A stretch of DNA of 32,000 nt. Source: Synechococcus sp. A15-28 (GTDB lineage Bacteria; Cyanobacteriota; Cyanobacteriia; PCC-6307; Cyanobiaceae). Of the stretch, positions 9,782 through 20,544 are shown piece after piece. The stretch lies in the NCBI RefSeq assembly GCF_014280175.1, contig NZ_CP047931.1, positions 660,001 through 692,000 of the forward strand. Direction: 5' to 3'. Numbering within the stretch: position 1 is the stretch's first letter; each line of letters starts with the position of its first letter. The notes under the pieces are model-generated. The model did no database searches and was not told the origin of the DNA. It saw nothing but the letters and a program-made list of their open reading frames with translations. Both the position numbers and the translations under genes were made by a program.

Positions 9782-9898
9782 ATGATCGAACCCCTGCTTT
9801 GCGGCATTGTTCTGGGACTGATTCCCGTCACGCTTCTTGGATTGTTCGTGGCTGCCTGGAATCAATACCGTCGCGGTGGCAGCGCTCTCGGCGGCTGA
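9782..9898 (+). CDS. petG: Cytochrome b6-f complex subunit V (PetG)
   Basis: Short plus-strand ORF not in supplied track: ATG at 9782, TGA at 9896-9898, translation [38 protein letters not shown], matching the PetG sequence pattern. Confidence 0.95.
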   Translation: MIEPLLCGIVLGLIPVTLLGLFVAAWNQYRRGGSALGG

Positions 9899-10448
9899 TC
9901 AAGACGAGGGAACTGGTTCCGTAGCGGCGTTGATCCACCACGGTCCAGTCCTCTCCAGGACTTGGTGGTTGACCTGAACGGTGTTCGCAGATCAACAGAC
10001 CATCGGGCTCGAGCCACGGCTGCTTCCCGAGTAGTGCAAGCGTCTTTTGGTAGAGACCTCCGTCGTAGGGAGGATCGAAGTAAATCAGATCAAAGCCGCT
10101 TTCTTGCCAGTCCTGCTGCAACCAAAGCAGCACGTCGCGTTTGACAACCTTCACCTTGGTCTGGGCTGCGTGGGACGTCGCGACAGCCTCCAGATTGCGT
10201 TTGCAGATGCTCGCGCAGCGCGGATCCCGCTCCACGGCCGTGACCGAGCGAGCTCCGCGTTCGATCGCTTCACAGGCCATCACGCCGCTGCCGCTGCAGA
10301 GGTCAAGCCAGCGGCAATCCATCAAACGCGGTCGAACAATGTTCATCACGGCTTCGCGGACCCTGGCTGTGGTCGGTCGCGTTGCGCTTCCCCGCGGGCT
10401 GAGCAGGCGTCGACCACTGATCAGGCGCAATTGCCCTGATCCATTCAT
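9828..10448 (-). CDS. rsmD: 16S rRNA (guanine966-N2)-methyltransferase RsmD-like
   Basis: [32 protein letters not shown]; [20 protein letters not shown]; [14 protein letters not shown]. Start placed at Met 10448 ([13 protein letters not shown]); the ORF itself extends to 10487. Confidence 0.93.
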   Translation of the reverse strand: MNGSGQLRLISGRRLLSPRGSATRPTTARVREAVMNIVRPRLMDCRWLDLCSGSGVMACEAIERGARSVTAVERDPRCASICKRNLEAVATSHAAQTKVKVVKRDVLLWLQQDWQESGFDLIYFDPPYDGGLYQKTLALLGKQPWLEPDGLLICEHRSGQPPSPGEDWTVVDQRRYGTSSLVLISRRERCHRDGIDSRQPRTIQEA

Positions 10449-11086
10449 GCGCTGATCGGGGCGCCCTGGTGAAGCCAAGACAACCATCGCTCGAGCATGG
10501 CGCTACCGCTGTCCGCGGATTTTTCCGGATGGAACTGACAAGCGCCCAATCGGCGTTGCCACACCATCGCGGTGACGGACGACCTTCCGAAGGGTGCCGC
10601 GGCAGCCAGCGTTTCGGAATGTTGTGGCACCGCTGCATAGCTGTGCACGAAATACACCCAGGACTCGGGGTCTGAGGGGCCCAGCATGGGATTGGCTCGC
10701 TTGAGCTCCAATGGGGCCCAACCCATATGGGGTATCCGGGCACCCTGGTCAGCGGGCAAACGTTCCACGTGGCCCTGGATGAGACCAAGGCCCTCACGAT
10801 TGCCCTCACGACTGGATTCGAACAGCAACTGAAGACCAAGGCATATGCCGAGCAGTGGACGGTCGTCCCGGCTCCAGCGTTGAAGATCAGGAACCAACCC
10901 CGTCGACTGGAGATTCTCCATGGCTGGGTCAAACGATCCGACGCCAGGCAGGACGAGGGCATCGCATCTGTTGAGACCCTCAGGGCTCGAGATCCGTGCG
11001 GTTTCATGACCAAGGCGATTGAAGGCTTTCTCCACGGAGTGGAGGTTGCCCATGCCGTAATCGATCAGACCAAGGTTGAGTCCCAA
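10445..11086 (-). CDS. hisH: Imidazole glycerol phosphate synthase subunit HisH
   Basis: LGLIDYGMGNLHSVEKAFNRLG; LLGICLGLQLLFESSREG; HMGWAPLE; FHPEKSADSGSAML. Confidence 0.97.
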   Translation of the reverse strand: MGLNLGLIDYGMGNLHSVEKAFNRLGHETARISSPEGLNRCDALVLPGVGSFDPAMENLQSTGLVPDLQRWSRDDRPLLGICLGLQLLFESSREGNREGLGLIQGHVERLPADQGARIPHMGWAPLELKRANPMLGPSDPESWVYFVHSYAAVPQHSETLAAAAPFGRSSVTAMVWQRRLGACQFHPEKSADSGSAMLERWLSWLHQGAPISA

Positions 11087-11112
11087 TCAGCTTTCCCCTA
11101 GTGAATTAGGGC

Positions 11113-11436
11113 TCAGAGGTACTTGGAAATCGTGCCGGAAAGCGTTGCCTTGGGAACGGCACCCACAACGGTGTCGACTTTCTGCCCCCCTTTGAACACC
11201 ATCAACGTTGGAATGCTGCGAATGCCGTACTGGCTTGCAACGTTGGGGTTCTCATCTGTATTCAGCTTGAAAACCTTGATTTGGCCATCAAACTCTTTGG
11301 CGATTTCTTCAACGATGGGAGCCACCATGCGGCATGGACCACACCAAGGGGCCCAGAAGTCGACCAGAACCGGGACGTCGCTCTGCAGGACGTCCTGCTC
11401 GAAAGAGGCGTCGGTGACCGCAGCGGCGCTGGACAT
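11113..11436 (-). CDS. trxA: Thioredoxin
   Basis: [49 protein letters not shown]...[15 protein letters not shown]; WCGPC active site. The ORF extends to 11484 but the start is likely MSSAAAV. Confidence 0.97.
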   Translation of the reverse strand: MSSAAAVTDASFEQDVLQSDVPVLVDFWAPWCGPCRMVAPIVEEIAKEFDGQIKVFKLNTDENPNVASQYGIRSIPTLMVFKGGQKVDTVVGAVPKATLSGTISKYL

Positions 11437-11540
11437 ATGGTCGAAATGATGTGAACGGAATTTAGCAACATTGAACCGACTCAACAGCCCAGATCACTGC
11501 AGTGATGGGAACTGTGATGGTTCGCGCAGGAAGAGTGAAA

Positions 11541-11557
11541 GCCCGAGCGCGTCGGGC
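11541..11557 (-). terminator. GC-rich hairpin followed by a short T-rich stretch on the minus strand; candidate intrinsic terminator after guaB3
   Basis: Plus strand GCCCGA-GCGCG-TCGGGC; on the minus strand the stem is followed by TTTCACTC. The T tract is weak. Confidence 0.45.
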
Positions 11558-11563
11558 CGGGGG

Positions 11564-11604
11564 GTGTGAGGAGTGTGTGGGCATGGCCCGCACACTCCTC
11601 ACAC
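11564..11604 (-). repeat. Long inverted repeat: 19-bp stem with one G-T wobble and a 3-nt loop, in the guaB3-trxA intergenic region
   Basis: GTGTGAGGAGTGTGTGGGC (11564-11582), ATG, GCCCGCACACTCCTCACAC (11586-11604). Confidence 0.9.
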
Positions 11605-11614
11605 TAGCCCTCAC

Positions 11615-12778
11615 TTATTTGCCCATCCCGAGGTGCTGGGCTTTTTGGTACGCCTTGCCCTCCGTCAACAATGATGGGGCCACCACAACCTCCACGTTCT
11701 GCATGTCTCGGATCGTGCGGGCTCCGAGGGTCCCCATGGAGGTCTTGAGGCAGCCCAACAGGTTATGGGTGCCGTCGTCGAGCTTGGCCGGTCCTCGAAG
11801 GATGCGTTCCAGCGAGCCCGTGCTGCCGACGTTGATGCGTGTGCCCCTGGGCAGAACCGGGCTTGGAGTGGCCATACCCCAGTGGAACCCTCGGCCGGGC
11901 GCCTCCTCTGAGCGGGCGATCGGCGAGCCGACCATCACAGCGTCCGCTCCGCAGGCGATGCATTTGCAGATGTCGCCTCCCGTCACGATCCCACCATCGG
12001 CAACGATCGGCACATACCGGCCTGTTTCCTTCTCATAGTCAGAGCGGGCGGCAGCGCAGTCCGCCACTGCTGTGGCCTGGGGGACGCCGACGCCAAGGAC
12101 GCCGCGGGATGTGCAGGCGGCTCCTGGTCCAATCCCCACCATCACGCCTGCAGCTCCGGCACGCATCAGCTGCAGGGCAACGTCGTAGGTCACGCAGTTG
12201 CCGATGATCACAGGAACCCCCATGTCACGGCAGAGTCCCTCCAGATCCAGGGTGGCCTGTCCCTCAGGGCCGATGTGGGCGGTGGACACCACCGTCGCTT
12301 GCACGAAAAACAGATCAGCACCCGCTTCGGCAATGGCCGATCCAAACCGGAGGGCTGCAACAGGTGTTCCACTTACGGCAGCAATGCCACCGCCGCGCTT
12401 GATCTCCTGAATCCGCTGACGGATCAGCTCCTCTTGCACGGGCTGGCTGTAGATCTCCTGCATCAAGGGGACAAACCTGTCCTTGCCGACAGCAGCGATG
12501 CGATCGAGAACAGCGTTTGGATCGGCGTAGCGGGTCTGGACGCCTTCCAGGTTGAGGACCCCAAGGGCCCCGAGGTTGGAGAGCCGGATCGCCATGTCCA
12601 CATCGACAACACCATCCATGGCACTGGCGATGATCGGAATCTCCCGTTCGATACCACCGAGGCTCCAGCGGGTGTCCGTCACCTCCGGGTCGACGGTGCG
12701 ACCTCCGGGCACGAGGGCAATTTCATCAATTCCATAGGCCCGGCGAACGGTCTTGGAGCGTCCGAGCTGAATGTCCAC
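11615..12778 (-). CDS. IMP dehydrogenase-related protein, GuaB3 family (no CBS insert, 387 aa)
   Basis: [38 protein letters not shown]; [28 protein letters not shown]; [33 protein letters not shown]. Confidence 0.93.
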   Translation of the reverse strand: MDIQLGRSKTVRRAYGIDEIALVPGGRTVDPEVTDTRWSLGGIEREIPIIASAMDGVVDVDMAIRLSNLGALGVLNLEGVQTRYADPNAVLDRIAAVGKDRFVPLMQEIYSQPVQEELIRQRIQEIKRGGGIAAVSGTPVAALRFGSAIAEAGADLFFVQATVVSTAHIGPEGQATLDLEGLCRDMGVPVIIGNCVTYDVALQLMRAGAAGVMVGIGPGAACTSRGVLGVGVPQATAVADCAAARSDYEKETGRYVPIVADGGIVTGGDICKCIACGADAVMVGSPIARSEEAPGRGFHWGMATPSPVLPRGTRINVGSTGSLERILRGPAKLDDGTHNLLGCLKTSMGTLGARTIRDMQNVEVVVAPSLLTEGKAYQKAQHLGMGK

Positions 12779-12833
12779 CGTGCGTCTTGATGAAGTCTCA
12801 TCAAGCTACCAATCGGGTTGCGGCGAGCTGTGC

Positions 12834-13310
12834 TCAGCGACCGACAACCCGTTGCCAGCGGCCCACCAGCCCATCCAGAACCTTTCTGCGGTCGCTGCTG
12901 CGCACCAGATTGCGAACCGAAAAATTGGCCACCCAGATCAAGCCGGCCAGTTCAAACAACCCTGATGCCAGCGGCACAGCATCGATTGTGCGAAGAATGC
13001 CTCCATAGATCTGGAGAACAATGATCAGGACGATCAAGCCTCCCAACAGTCGAAGCGGGCCTTTCAGCTGGGTCCACTGGTTCTGGAGCTGATCGGTGTC
13101 GACCAACCCTTGAACCTTCTCTTTCAACAGATCCCATTCCCCTCCGGAAGCGTCCGCGTCAGCTGGGATCGTGACCGTTTCTGCGATGGCAGGGTCGGGG
13201 GTGGGCTCTGGAGCCACCGGCGCTGGTTCCGGTGTGGCGGAGGGCGTCGGGACGGGGACGGAACTGGCGTTGTCGACGTTGGCAGGAGATTCGTCGATGG
13301 GTCCCATCAC
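12834..13310 (-). CDS. CAAD-domain (CURT1/thylakoid curvature-like) membrane protein
   Basis: Pro/Glu-rich N-terminus, then two hydrophobic segments LLGGLIVLIIVLQIYGGIL and GLFELAGLIWVANFSVRNLVRSSDRRKVLDGLVGRW, typical of cyanobacterial CAAD proteins. Confidence 0.8.
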   Translation of the reverse strand: MMGPIDESPANVDNASSVPVPTPSATPEPAPVAPEPTPDPAIAETVTIPADADASGGEWDLLKEKVQGLVDTDQLQNQWTQLKGPLRLLGGLIVLIIVLQIYGGILRTIDAVPLASGLFELAGLIWVANFSVRNLVRSSDRRKVLDGLVGRWQRVVGR

Positions 13311-13399
13311 ATCCAGAAATTTGACCTGGAGCTTATCGGAGGTTTTCGGCCTTGATTCCTTCTCGGAGATAAACTGAAGGCCGGTGGTTTTTCGTTTGT

Positions 13400-16012
13400 A
13401 TGGCGGATTCTGTGGGACCAGGAGGCGGCGGTCCCGGCGATTCCGACGATCGAATCATTCAGGCGGATCTTCGCAACGAGATGTCGCGCTCCTACCTGGA
13501 GTATGCGATGAGCGTGATCGTGGGACGGGCCCTGCCCGATGCCCGCGACGGTCTCAAGCCGGTGCATCGCCGCATCCTTTACGCCATGTACGAGTTGGGG
13601 CTGACAAGCGATCGCCCCTACAGGAAATGTGCCCGTGTTGTGGGCGAAGTGCTTGGCAAATATCACCCCCATGGTGATACCGCCGTGTACGACGCCCTGG
13701 TGCGCATGGCCCAGGACTTCTCCATGTCGATGCCCTTGATCGACGGGCACGGCAACTTCGGGTCGGTGGACAACGATCCGCCGGCGGCCATGCGTTACAC
13801 GGAGTCCCGGTTGCAGGCGCTGACCACCGACAGCCTGCTGGAGGACATCGAGGCGGAGACCGTTGACTTCGCCGACAACTTCGACGGGTCTCAGCAGGAA
13901 CCAACGGTGCTTCCGGCTCGGATTCCTCAGCTGCTGCTGAATGGTTCAGCCGGCATCGCCGTCGGGATGGCGACGAACATCCCGCCCCACAACCTCAACG
14001 AGCTGATCAGTGGCCTGCTGGCGCTGATCGAGAACCCCGACATCACGGATCAGGAGTTGATCCGGCTGATCCCTGGCCCCGACTTCCCCACTGGAGGACA
14101 GGTCCTGGGCCGTGACGGGATCCGCGAAACCTATCTGGGGGGGCGTGGCTCCATCACCATGCGTGGGGTGGCGGCGATTGAAACGATCGAAGCCCCCGGT
14201 CGCCCGGACCGCGATGCGGTGATCATCACGGAGTTGCCCTATCAGACCAACAAAGCAGCGCTGATTGAGCGGATCGCAGAGCTGGTCAACGACAAGAAGC
14301 TGGAGGGCATCTCGGACATCCGCGATGAGAGCGATCGCGATGGCATGCGGATCGTGGTGGAGCTGCGCCGTGATGCCTACCCGCAGGTGGTGCTGAACAA
14401 TCTGTTCAAGCTCACGTCGCTGCAGAGCAACTTCAGTGCCTACATGTTGGCGCTGGTCAACGGTGAGCCGATCCTGCTCACCCTGCGCAAGATGCTCGAG
14501 GTGTTTCTCGACTTCCGTGTCGAGACGATTGAGCGCCGCACCCGCTACCTGCTGCGCAAGGCCGAAGAACGCGATCACATCCTCCTCGGCCTGCTTCTAG
14601 CGCTGGATCAGTTGGATCCGATCATTGCCCTGATCAGAGCAGCCCCCGATACGGCGACGGCCCGCCAGCAGCTGCAGGATCGTCATGGCCTCAGCGACAT
14701 CCAGGCTGACGCCATCCTGCAGATGCAGCTACGGCGTCTCACAGCGCTGGAGGCCGACAAGATCCGGCTTGAGCACGAGGATCTGGTCACCAAAATTGCG
14801 GATTACAAGGACATCCTCGGCCGGCGTGAACGGGTGTTCGGGATCATTCAGGACGAACTCAACCAACTCAGCGAGCGCTACACAACACCGCGTCGTACAG
14901 AGATTCTCGATCTCGGGGGTGGGCTTGAAGACATCGATCTGATCGCCAACGAGCGTTCCGTGGTTCTGGTCACCGAAACCGGCTACCTGAAACGGATGCC
15001 CGTGAGTGAGTTTGAGGCCACCAGCCGAGGCACCCGTGGCAAAGCCGGCACCCGCAGCCAGGGGGAGGAAGCCGTGAAGCTGTTCATCAGCTGCAACGAC
15101 CACGACACCCTGCTGCTGTTCAGTGACCGTGGTGTGTCCTATGCCCTGCCGGCTTACCGGGTGCCGCAGTGCAGCCGGACGGCCAAGGGCACGCCGGTGG
15201 TGCAGTTGCTGCCCATTCCGAGAGAGGAGGCGATCACATCGCTGCTTGCCGTGTCGGAGTTCAACGACGACATGGACCTGTTGATGCTGACCAGCGGCGG
15301 GTTCATCAAGCGCACCCGTCTTTCTGCCTTCAGCAACATCCGCTCCAATGGCCTGATCGCCATCAACCTGGAAGAGGGCGATGCGTTGAGCTGGGTTCGT
15401 CTGGCGGTGCCAGGCGACAGCGTGCTGATCGGATCCAATGCGGGGATGACCATTCACTTCCGCCTCAGTGATGAGGAACTGCGTCCCCTGGGCCGCACGG
15501 CTCGCGGCGTACGCGCAATGAATCTGCGCAATGGAGATGCCCTGGTGAGCATGGATGTGCTCCCGGTGGAGCTGGCGGATCGGATCGCCCAGAGCGCAGA
15601 GGATGAGGAGGAGGAGGACGACGATGCCTCATCCGGCGATGGCCCATGGGTGCTGGTGGCCTCGGCGTCCGGTCTGGGCAAACGCGTGCCGGTGACCCAG
15701 TTCCGTCTGCAGAAGCGTGCCGGCATGGGCCTGCGGGCGATGAAGTTCCGCACGCAGGACGATGCACTTGTCGGTCTGCGGGTGCTCGGTGCTGGTGAGG
15801 AGGTGCTGTTGGTCAGCGAGAAAGGGGTGATCGTGCGCACCAGTGCTGATGCCATACCCCAGCAGTCGAGGGCTGCAACGGGGGTGCGTCTGCAGCGACT
15901 GGATAAAGGCGATCGTCTGTCGGAAGTGGTTCTGGTACCGCCGGAGGCGGACGATGAATCTGCTGATGACAGCTCCTCTGACAACACAGAAGCTGACGCG
16001 CAGGACAGCTGA
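13400..16012 (+). CDS. gyrA: DNA gyrase subunit A
   Basis: [79 protein letters not shown] (catalytic Tyr region) and C-terminal beta-pinwheel repeats including the GyrA-box-like [12 protein letters not shown]. Confidence 0.98.
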   Translation: MADSVGPGGGGPGDSDDRIIQADLRNEMSRSYLEYAMSVIVGRALPDARDGLKPVHRRILYAMYELGLTSDRPYRKCARVVGEVLGKYHPHGDTAVYDALVRMAQDFSMSMPLIDGHGNFGSVDNDPPAAMRYTESRLQALTTDSLLEDIEAETVDFADNFDGSQQEPTVLPARIPQLLLNGSAGIAVGMATNIPPHNLNELISGLLALIENPDITDQELIRLIPGPDFPTGGQVLGRDGIRETYLGGRGSITMRGVAAIETIEAPGRPDRDAVIITELPYQTNKAALIERIAELVNDKKLEGISDIRDESDRDGMRIVVELRRDAYPQVVLNNLFKLTSLQSNFSAYMLALVNGEPILLTLRKMLEVFLDFRVETIERRTRYLLRKAEERDHILLGLLLALDQLDPIIALIRAAPDTATARQQLQDRHGLSDIQADAILQMQLRRLTALEADKIRLEHEDLVTKIADYKDILGRRERVFGIIQDELNQLSERYTTPRRTEILDLGGGLEDIDLIANERSVVLVTETGYLKRMPVSEFEATSRGTRGKAGTRSQGEEAVKLFISCNDHDTLLLFSDRGVSYALPAYRVPQCSRTAKGTPVVQLLPIPREEAITSLLAVSEFNDDMDLLMLTSGGFIKRTRLSAFSNIRSNGLIAINLEEGDALSWVRLAVPGDSVLIGSNAGMTIHFRLSDEELRPLGRTARGVRAMNLRNGDALVSMDVLPVELADRIAQSAEDEEEEDDDASSGDGPWVLVASASGLGKRVPVTQFRLQKRAGMGLRAMKFRTQDDALVGLRVLGAGEEVLLVSEKGVIVRTSADAIPQQSRAATGVRLQRLDKGDRLSEVVLVPPEADDESADDSSSDNTEADAQDS

Positions 16013-16014
16013 CC

Positions 16015-17268
16015 TTGGCTGAGCCGGTGGATGTGCTGGTGCTGGGGGGCGGTCCTGCTGCCCTCTGCATCGCTTCGGAACTGAACCAACGGGGTGTGGC
16101 TGTTGCGGGTATCGCCCCCGGTCCGGTCGACGATCCCTGGCCGAACACCTACGGCATCTGGGCCGATGAACTCAAAGCGGTAGGGCTTGAGCAGCTGCTG
16201 GAGCACCGCTGGAGCGAAACCGTCAGTTATTTCGGCACAGGCGGCACAACGGCTCAGGATCAGAGCCATGCCCACGGGATCGACTACGGCCTGTTCGATC
16301 GGGCGGCATTGCAGCGCCATTGGCTGGAGCGGGCCGACGGCGTGGTCTGGCATCAAGACACCGCTGAACGGGTGGAGTTGAAGGGTTCAACCACAAGCGT
16401 CAGCTGCGCATCGGGAAGCACGTTGCAGGCGCGCTTGGTGATTGATGCCTCCGGTTCGCGCACGCCCCACATCCGTCGCCCCGATCAGGGGCCGGTGGCG
16501 GGCCAAGCGGCCTACGGCGTGGTGGGGCGTTTCTCCAAGCCTCCGATCGAGGAGGGTCGGTTTGTGTTGATGGATTACCGCTGCGATCACCTCAGTGCAG
16601 CGCAACGCCAGGAACCACCCACGTTCCTGTACGCGATGGATCTGGGCGATGAGGTGTTCTTCGTGGAGGAAACCTCACTCGCCCTGGCTCCGGGTGTTCG
16701 CTACGACGTACTCAAGCAACGGCTCCAGCAGCGCCTGGATCGGCGCGGCGTGGAGATCACCGAGGTGATCCATGAGGAGTTCTGCCTCTTCCCGATGAAC
16801 CTGCCGCTGCCGGATCGCAACCAGCCGGTGCTGGCCTTTGGTGGTGCGGCGAGCATGGTGCATCCGGCCTCGGGTTACATGGTGGGATCGCTGCTGCGGC
16901 GGGGGCCTGATCTGGCCCAGGCCACTTCCGTAGCTCTCGCCAATCCAAGCCTTGGTTCAGCAGCGTTGGCACAACGGGGTTGGCAAGCGCTCTGGCCGGT
17001 CGAATTGGTGCTGCGCCATCAGCTGTATCAGTTCGGTTTGGGCCGCTTGATGGGCTTTAACGAAGCCTTGCTGCGCACCCACTTCGCCACCTTCTTTTCG
17101 CTGCCGCGGGAGGAGTGGTTTGGCTTCCTCACCAACACGCTGCCGTTGCCGCGATTGATGGGGGTGATGCTGCGCTTGTTTGCCTTATCCCCCTGGGAGC
17201 TCCGCCGTGGACTGGTGCTGGGAGCTGGTACGGCTCAGCGCCCGACTTTCGACCAGTCCAGCGGCTGA
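16015..17268 (+). CDS. crtL: Lycopene cyclase (CrtL type)
   Basis: DVLVLGGGPAALCIASELNQRGVAVAGIAPGPVDDPWPNTYGIWADELKAVGLE; FLYAMDLGDEVFFVEETSLA; FGGAASMVHPASGYMVG. TTG start, 2 bp after gyrA stop. Confidence 0.93.
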   Translation: MAEPVDVLVLGGGPAALCIASELNQRGVAVAGIAPGPVDDPWPNTYGIWADELKAVGLEQLLEHRWSETVSYFGTGGTTAQDQSHAHGIDYGLFDRAALQRHWLERADGVVWHQDTAERVELKGSTTSVSCASGSTLQARLVIDASGSRTPHIRRPDQGPVAGQAAYGVVGRFSKPPIEEGRFVLMDYRCDHLSAAQRQEPPTFLYAMDLGDEVFFVEETSLALAPGVRYDVLKQRLQQRLDRRGVEITEVIHEEFCLFPMNLPLPDRNQPVLAFGGAASMVHPASGYMVGSLLRRGPDLAQATSVALANPSLGSAALAQRGWQALWPVELVLRHQLYQFGLGRLMGFNEALLRTHFATFFSLPREEWFGFLTNTLPLPRLMGVMLRLFALSPWELRRGLVLGAGTAQRPTFDQSSG

Positions 17269-18803
17269 ATCAGCGGGAACAGTCGGTCATCCGCTTGGAC
17301 CTGCTCGAGCCATCCTTCGGGCAGCTCGCTGCTGCCGTCAATGGCAGCCATCAGCATCCAGAACCGTTCCAGGTGGCGTTCGATGCGTTCCCGGGCCAGT
17401 CCGGTGGTCGTTCCCGCCCGAAGGATGAAACTCCAGTCGGATGACTGGGCCAGCAACAGCTCCCGCGCGGCCTGCTGCAGCCACTGCATCGCCTGCTCAC
17501 TGCCGACCCCGCGGCTGCAGCGCTGCACCATCGCGGCACTGGTTTTTTCCCACTCGGGAACGATCCAGCCATTGCTGTCGTTCAGCCAGTAATTGTGATA
17601 TCCGCCTTGGCCCCAGCTCGAAGGGCAAGGGTCGCAGAGCTGCAGCTGCTGGGAACCATCCAGCACATCCCGCAGTCGCGTGAAAGGAACGCCGTTGGCC
17701 GGCCCCTGGCGAAACAGCTCAGCCAGAAACGATGGGCCTTCAAACCACCAGTGCCCGAACAGTTCCGCATCAAAGGGAGCCACCAGCAACGGGCTCACCG
17801 TCATGCTGCTGCTGAGCTGATCGAGTTGGCGCCGTCGTCCCTGGAGGTAGTGGCTGGCGTGATGCCGAATTTTCTCGGCGGCAATGGCGGGGCGATAGGG
17901 CTGCTTCTGATCCAGCGGAGCGCTGTGGTCAGTGACGCGATGGAGTTTGAGGCCGAGGGGCCGCGGCTCCGTTAATCCAAGCGGTGCCAGGCGTTCCAGC
18001 GGGAGATCCCACCCCAGGTCGCGATGGAATTCCCTGTAGTCCGGATCACCGGGGTAGCCGTCCTTGGCGGACCAGACCGGCAGGGTCGCTTCGCTGTCCC
18101 GGCCGAAGAAGGCCACGCCGTTGCGGCTGCAGATCGGTGCGTACACCCCGTAACGGGGCCGGGGCCGACCATGCAGAAGTCCGTGTCCATCGAGGACGGC
18201 GTAGCGCAGCCCCGCGTCCCGCATCCACTGGTCCAGCCCTTCGTAATAGGCGCACTCCGGGAGCCAGATCCCCAGCGGACGTTCGCCGATCAGCCGGTGG
18301 TGCTCGCGCACGGCGGTGCGCAGTTGTCCGCGAACCGCCTCCGGATGCTGGCGAAGCAGTGGCAGATAACCGTGGGTGGCACCACAGGTGAGCAGATCCA
18401 CCACCTCGGCCCGTTGAAGAGCCGCAAAGCGGCTGATCAGGTCTCCATCACACGCCATCCAGGCGGACTTGTGACGCTGAATGGTGGCTTCGAGATGGTC
18501 CCTGGCCTCTGCAACACCCTGATCTGCAAAGGGGAGAAGGCCGAGGCGCTGATCCAACCAGCCGGGAAAACGCTGTTGCAGGTCTGGGTCACTGAGCAGT
18601 GACAGCAGGGTCGGGGACAGGCCGAGGGTCAGTTTCGGAGTGCTCTCCGGATCGGCTGCCGCTTGCTCAAGAACCTCCAGCAGAGGCAAATAGCACTCCA
18701 ACAGTGCCTGGAAAAACCAGTCTTCCTCCAGCGAGCCCGGCACCACGGAGCGCACGTAGGGCAAGTGGGCGTGAAGAACGAGGGCGAGGGCACCTTTGCT
18801 CAA
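17235..18803 (-). CDS. Glycoside hydrolase family 57 protein, probable 1,4-alpha-glucan branching enzyme (DUF1957-containing)
   Basis: GALALVLHAHLPYVRSV...EEDWFFQALLECYLPLL; GIWLPECAYYEGLD; APFDAELFGHWWFEGPSFLAEL; QLLLAQSSDWSFILRAGTT. Confidence 0.93.
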   Translation of the reverse strand: MSKGALALVLHAHLPYVRSVVPGSLEEDWFFQALLECYLPLLEVLEQAAADPESTPKLTLGLSPTLLSLLSDPDLQQRFPGWLDQRLGLLPFADQGVAEARDHLEATIQRHKSAWMACDGDLISRFAALQRAEVVDLLTCGATHGYLPLLRQHPEAVRGQLRTAVREHHRLIGERPLGIWLPECAYYEGLDQWMRDAGLRYAVLDGHGLLHGRPRPRYGVYAPICSRNGVAFFGRDSEATLPVWSAKDGYPGDPDYREFHRDLGWDLPLERLAPLGLTEPRPLGLKLHRVTDHSAPLDQKQPYRPAIAAEKIRHHASHYLQGRRRQLDQLSSSMTVSPLLVAPFDAELFGHWWFEGPSFLAELFRQGPANGVPFTRLRDVLDGSQQLQLCDPCPSSWGQGGYHNYWLNDSNGWIVPEWEKTSAAMVQRCSRGVGSEQAMQWLQQAARELLLAQSSDWSFILRAGTTTGLARERIERHLERFWMLMAAIDGSSELPEGWLEQVQADDRLFPLIQPLDWSKVGR

Positions 18804-18916
18804 GTGACCAACCGCCCAAGAGAAGATGCGAATTTATCCGGTTTCAGCCGAGATGCCTGAACTAAGATGAATTAACTCATAGTCAATCCGACTAAGCCGT
18901 CGCGAGGGCGTTGTCC

Positions 18917-20539
18917 ATGGCCAAGGATCCCGCTCGTGTCCTGATCTTCGACACCACCCTCCGGGATGGTGAGCAGTCCCCTGGGGCCAGCCTCAATCTG
19001 GAGGAAAAGCTGGCGATCGCGCAGCAGCTGGCCCGGCTGGGGGTGGATGTGATCGAAGCCGGATTTCCCTTCGCCAGCGCCGGCGACTTCGCGGCTGTTC
19101 AGCGCATCGCCCAGCAGGTGGGGGGCGAAAACGGTCCAATCATCTGCGGACTGGCCCGTGCCTCTCAGAAAGACATCAAAGCCTGCGCCGAGGCGGTCGC
19201 ACCGGCACCGCGCCGCCGGATCCATACCTTCATCGCCACCAGCGACATCCATCTGGAGCACAAGCTGCGCAAAAGTCGCGGCGATGTTCTTCAGATCGTG
19301 CCGGAGATGGTCAGTTATGCGCGATCCCTGGTGGAGGACATCGAATTCTCCTGTGAGGATGCTGGCCGCAGCAATCCTGAGTTCCTTTACGAGGTCATCG
19401 AAGCGGCCATCGCCGCTGGTGCCACCACGATCAACATTCCAGACACCGTTGGCTACACCACACCATCGGAATTCGGAGACCTGATTGCTGGCATCAATCG
19501 CCATGTCCCCAACATCGGGGAGGCGATTCTTTCCGTTCATGGCCACAACGATCTGGGCCTGGCTGTGGCGAATTTCCTCGAGGCGGTGAAGAACGGCGCT
19601 CGCCAGCTGGAGTGCACCATCAACGGCATCGGTGAGCGAGCAGGCAATGCCTCCCTTGAGGAACTGGTGATGGCCTTGCACGTGCGCCGTCGCTACTTCA
19701 ATCCGTTCTTCGGCCGCGATCAGGACAGTCCCACTCCCCTCACCGCCGTCCGCACCGAGGAAATCACCAAGACCTCGCGTCTGGTTTCCAACCTCACGGG
19801 CATGGTGGTTCAGCCCAACAAAGCCATCGTTGGTGCCAATGCCTTTGCCCATGAATCGGGCATTCACCAGGACGGCGTGCTGAAGAATCGCCTGACCTAC
19901 GAAATCATTGACGCCAAAACCGTCGGTCTGAGCGACAACCGAATTTCATTGGGCAAGCTCAGTGGTCGCAGCGCGGTGAGGGCAAGACTCGAGGAGCTCG
20001 GGTATGACCTGACCCGGGAGGACCTGGATGAGGCCTTTGCCCGTTTCAAGGATCTGGCTGATCGCAAGCGGGAGATCACCGATCGGGATCTTGAGGCGAT
20101 TGTCAGCGAACAGGTTCAGCAGCCCGAGGCGCGCTATCAGCTTCAGCTGGTGCAGGTGAGTTGTGGAACGCGTCTGAAGCCAACGGCCACCGTCACCCTG
20201 GCGGAGGAGAACGGTCAGGAACAAACCGTTTCTGCAGTGGGTACAGGGCCGGTGGACGCGGTGTGCCGTGCCCTCAATCAACTGGCTGGCGTCCCCAACG
20301 AGCTCATGGAGTTCTCGGTGAAATCGGTGACGGAGGGAATTGATGCCATAGGGGAAGTCACGATTCGGCTTCGCCGCAATGGCTCTCTGTACTCAGGCCA
20401 TGCTGCCGACACGGACGTTGTGGTCGCCGCCGCCATGGCCTTCATCAATGCTCTCAATCGTCTCGTGGCAGCCCAGGAGCACCAGCCCTTGCATCCCCAG
20501 CGGGATGCCGTTGATCTTGAAACGCGTCCGACCCTCTGA
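18917..20539 (+). CDS. leuA: 2-isopropylmalate synthase
   Basis: [45 protein letters not shown]; [15 protein letters not shown]; [17 protein letters not shown]; [24 protein letters not shown]-type region; [12 protein letters not shown]. Confidence 0.98.
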   Translation: MAKDPARVLIFDTTLRDGEQSPGASLNLEEKLAIAQQLARLGVDVIEAGFPFASAGDFAAVQRIAQQVGGENGPIICGLARASQKDIKACAEAVAPAPRRRIHTFIATSDIHLEHKLRKSRGDVLQIVPEMVSYARSLVEDIEFSCEDAGRSNPEFLYEVIEAAIAAGATTINIPDTVGYTTPSEFGDLIAGINRHVPNIGEAILSVHGHNDLGLAVANFLEAVKNGARQLECTINGIGERAGNASLEELVMALHVRRRYFNPFFGRDQDSPTPLTAVRTEEITKTSRLVSNLTGMVVQPNKAIVGANAFAHESGIHQDGVLKNRLTYEIIDAKTVGLSDNRISLGKLSGRSAVRARLEELGYDLTREDLDEAFARFKDLADRKREITDRDLEAIVSEQVQQPEARYQLQLVQVSCGTRLKPTATVTLAEENGQEQTVSAVGTGPVDAVCRALNQLAGVPNELMEFSVKSVTEGIDAIGEVTIRLRRNGSLYSGHAADTDVVVAAAMAFINALNRLVAAQEHQPLHPQRDAVDLETRPTL

Positions 20540-20544
20540 AGCTC

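Noticed and set aside
9739-9924. 61-aa plus-strand [27 protein letters not shown]...
   Set aside because: Overlaps petG in another frame; the petG frame has an unambiguous family match.
15454-16356. 300-aa minus-strand ORF
   Set aside because: Antisense to the 3' end of gyrA and 5' end of crtL; low-complexity Ser/Arg runs derive from the acidic sense codons.
18872-19867. 331-aa minus-strand ORF
   Set aside because: Antisense of leuA, whose sense frame shows all LeuA motifs.
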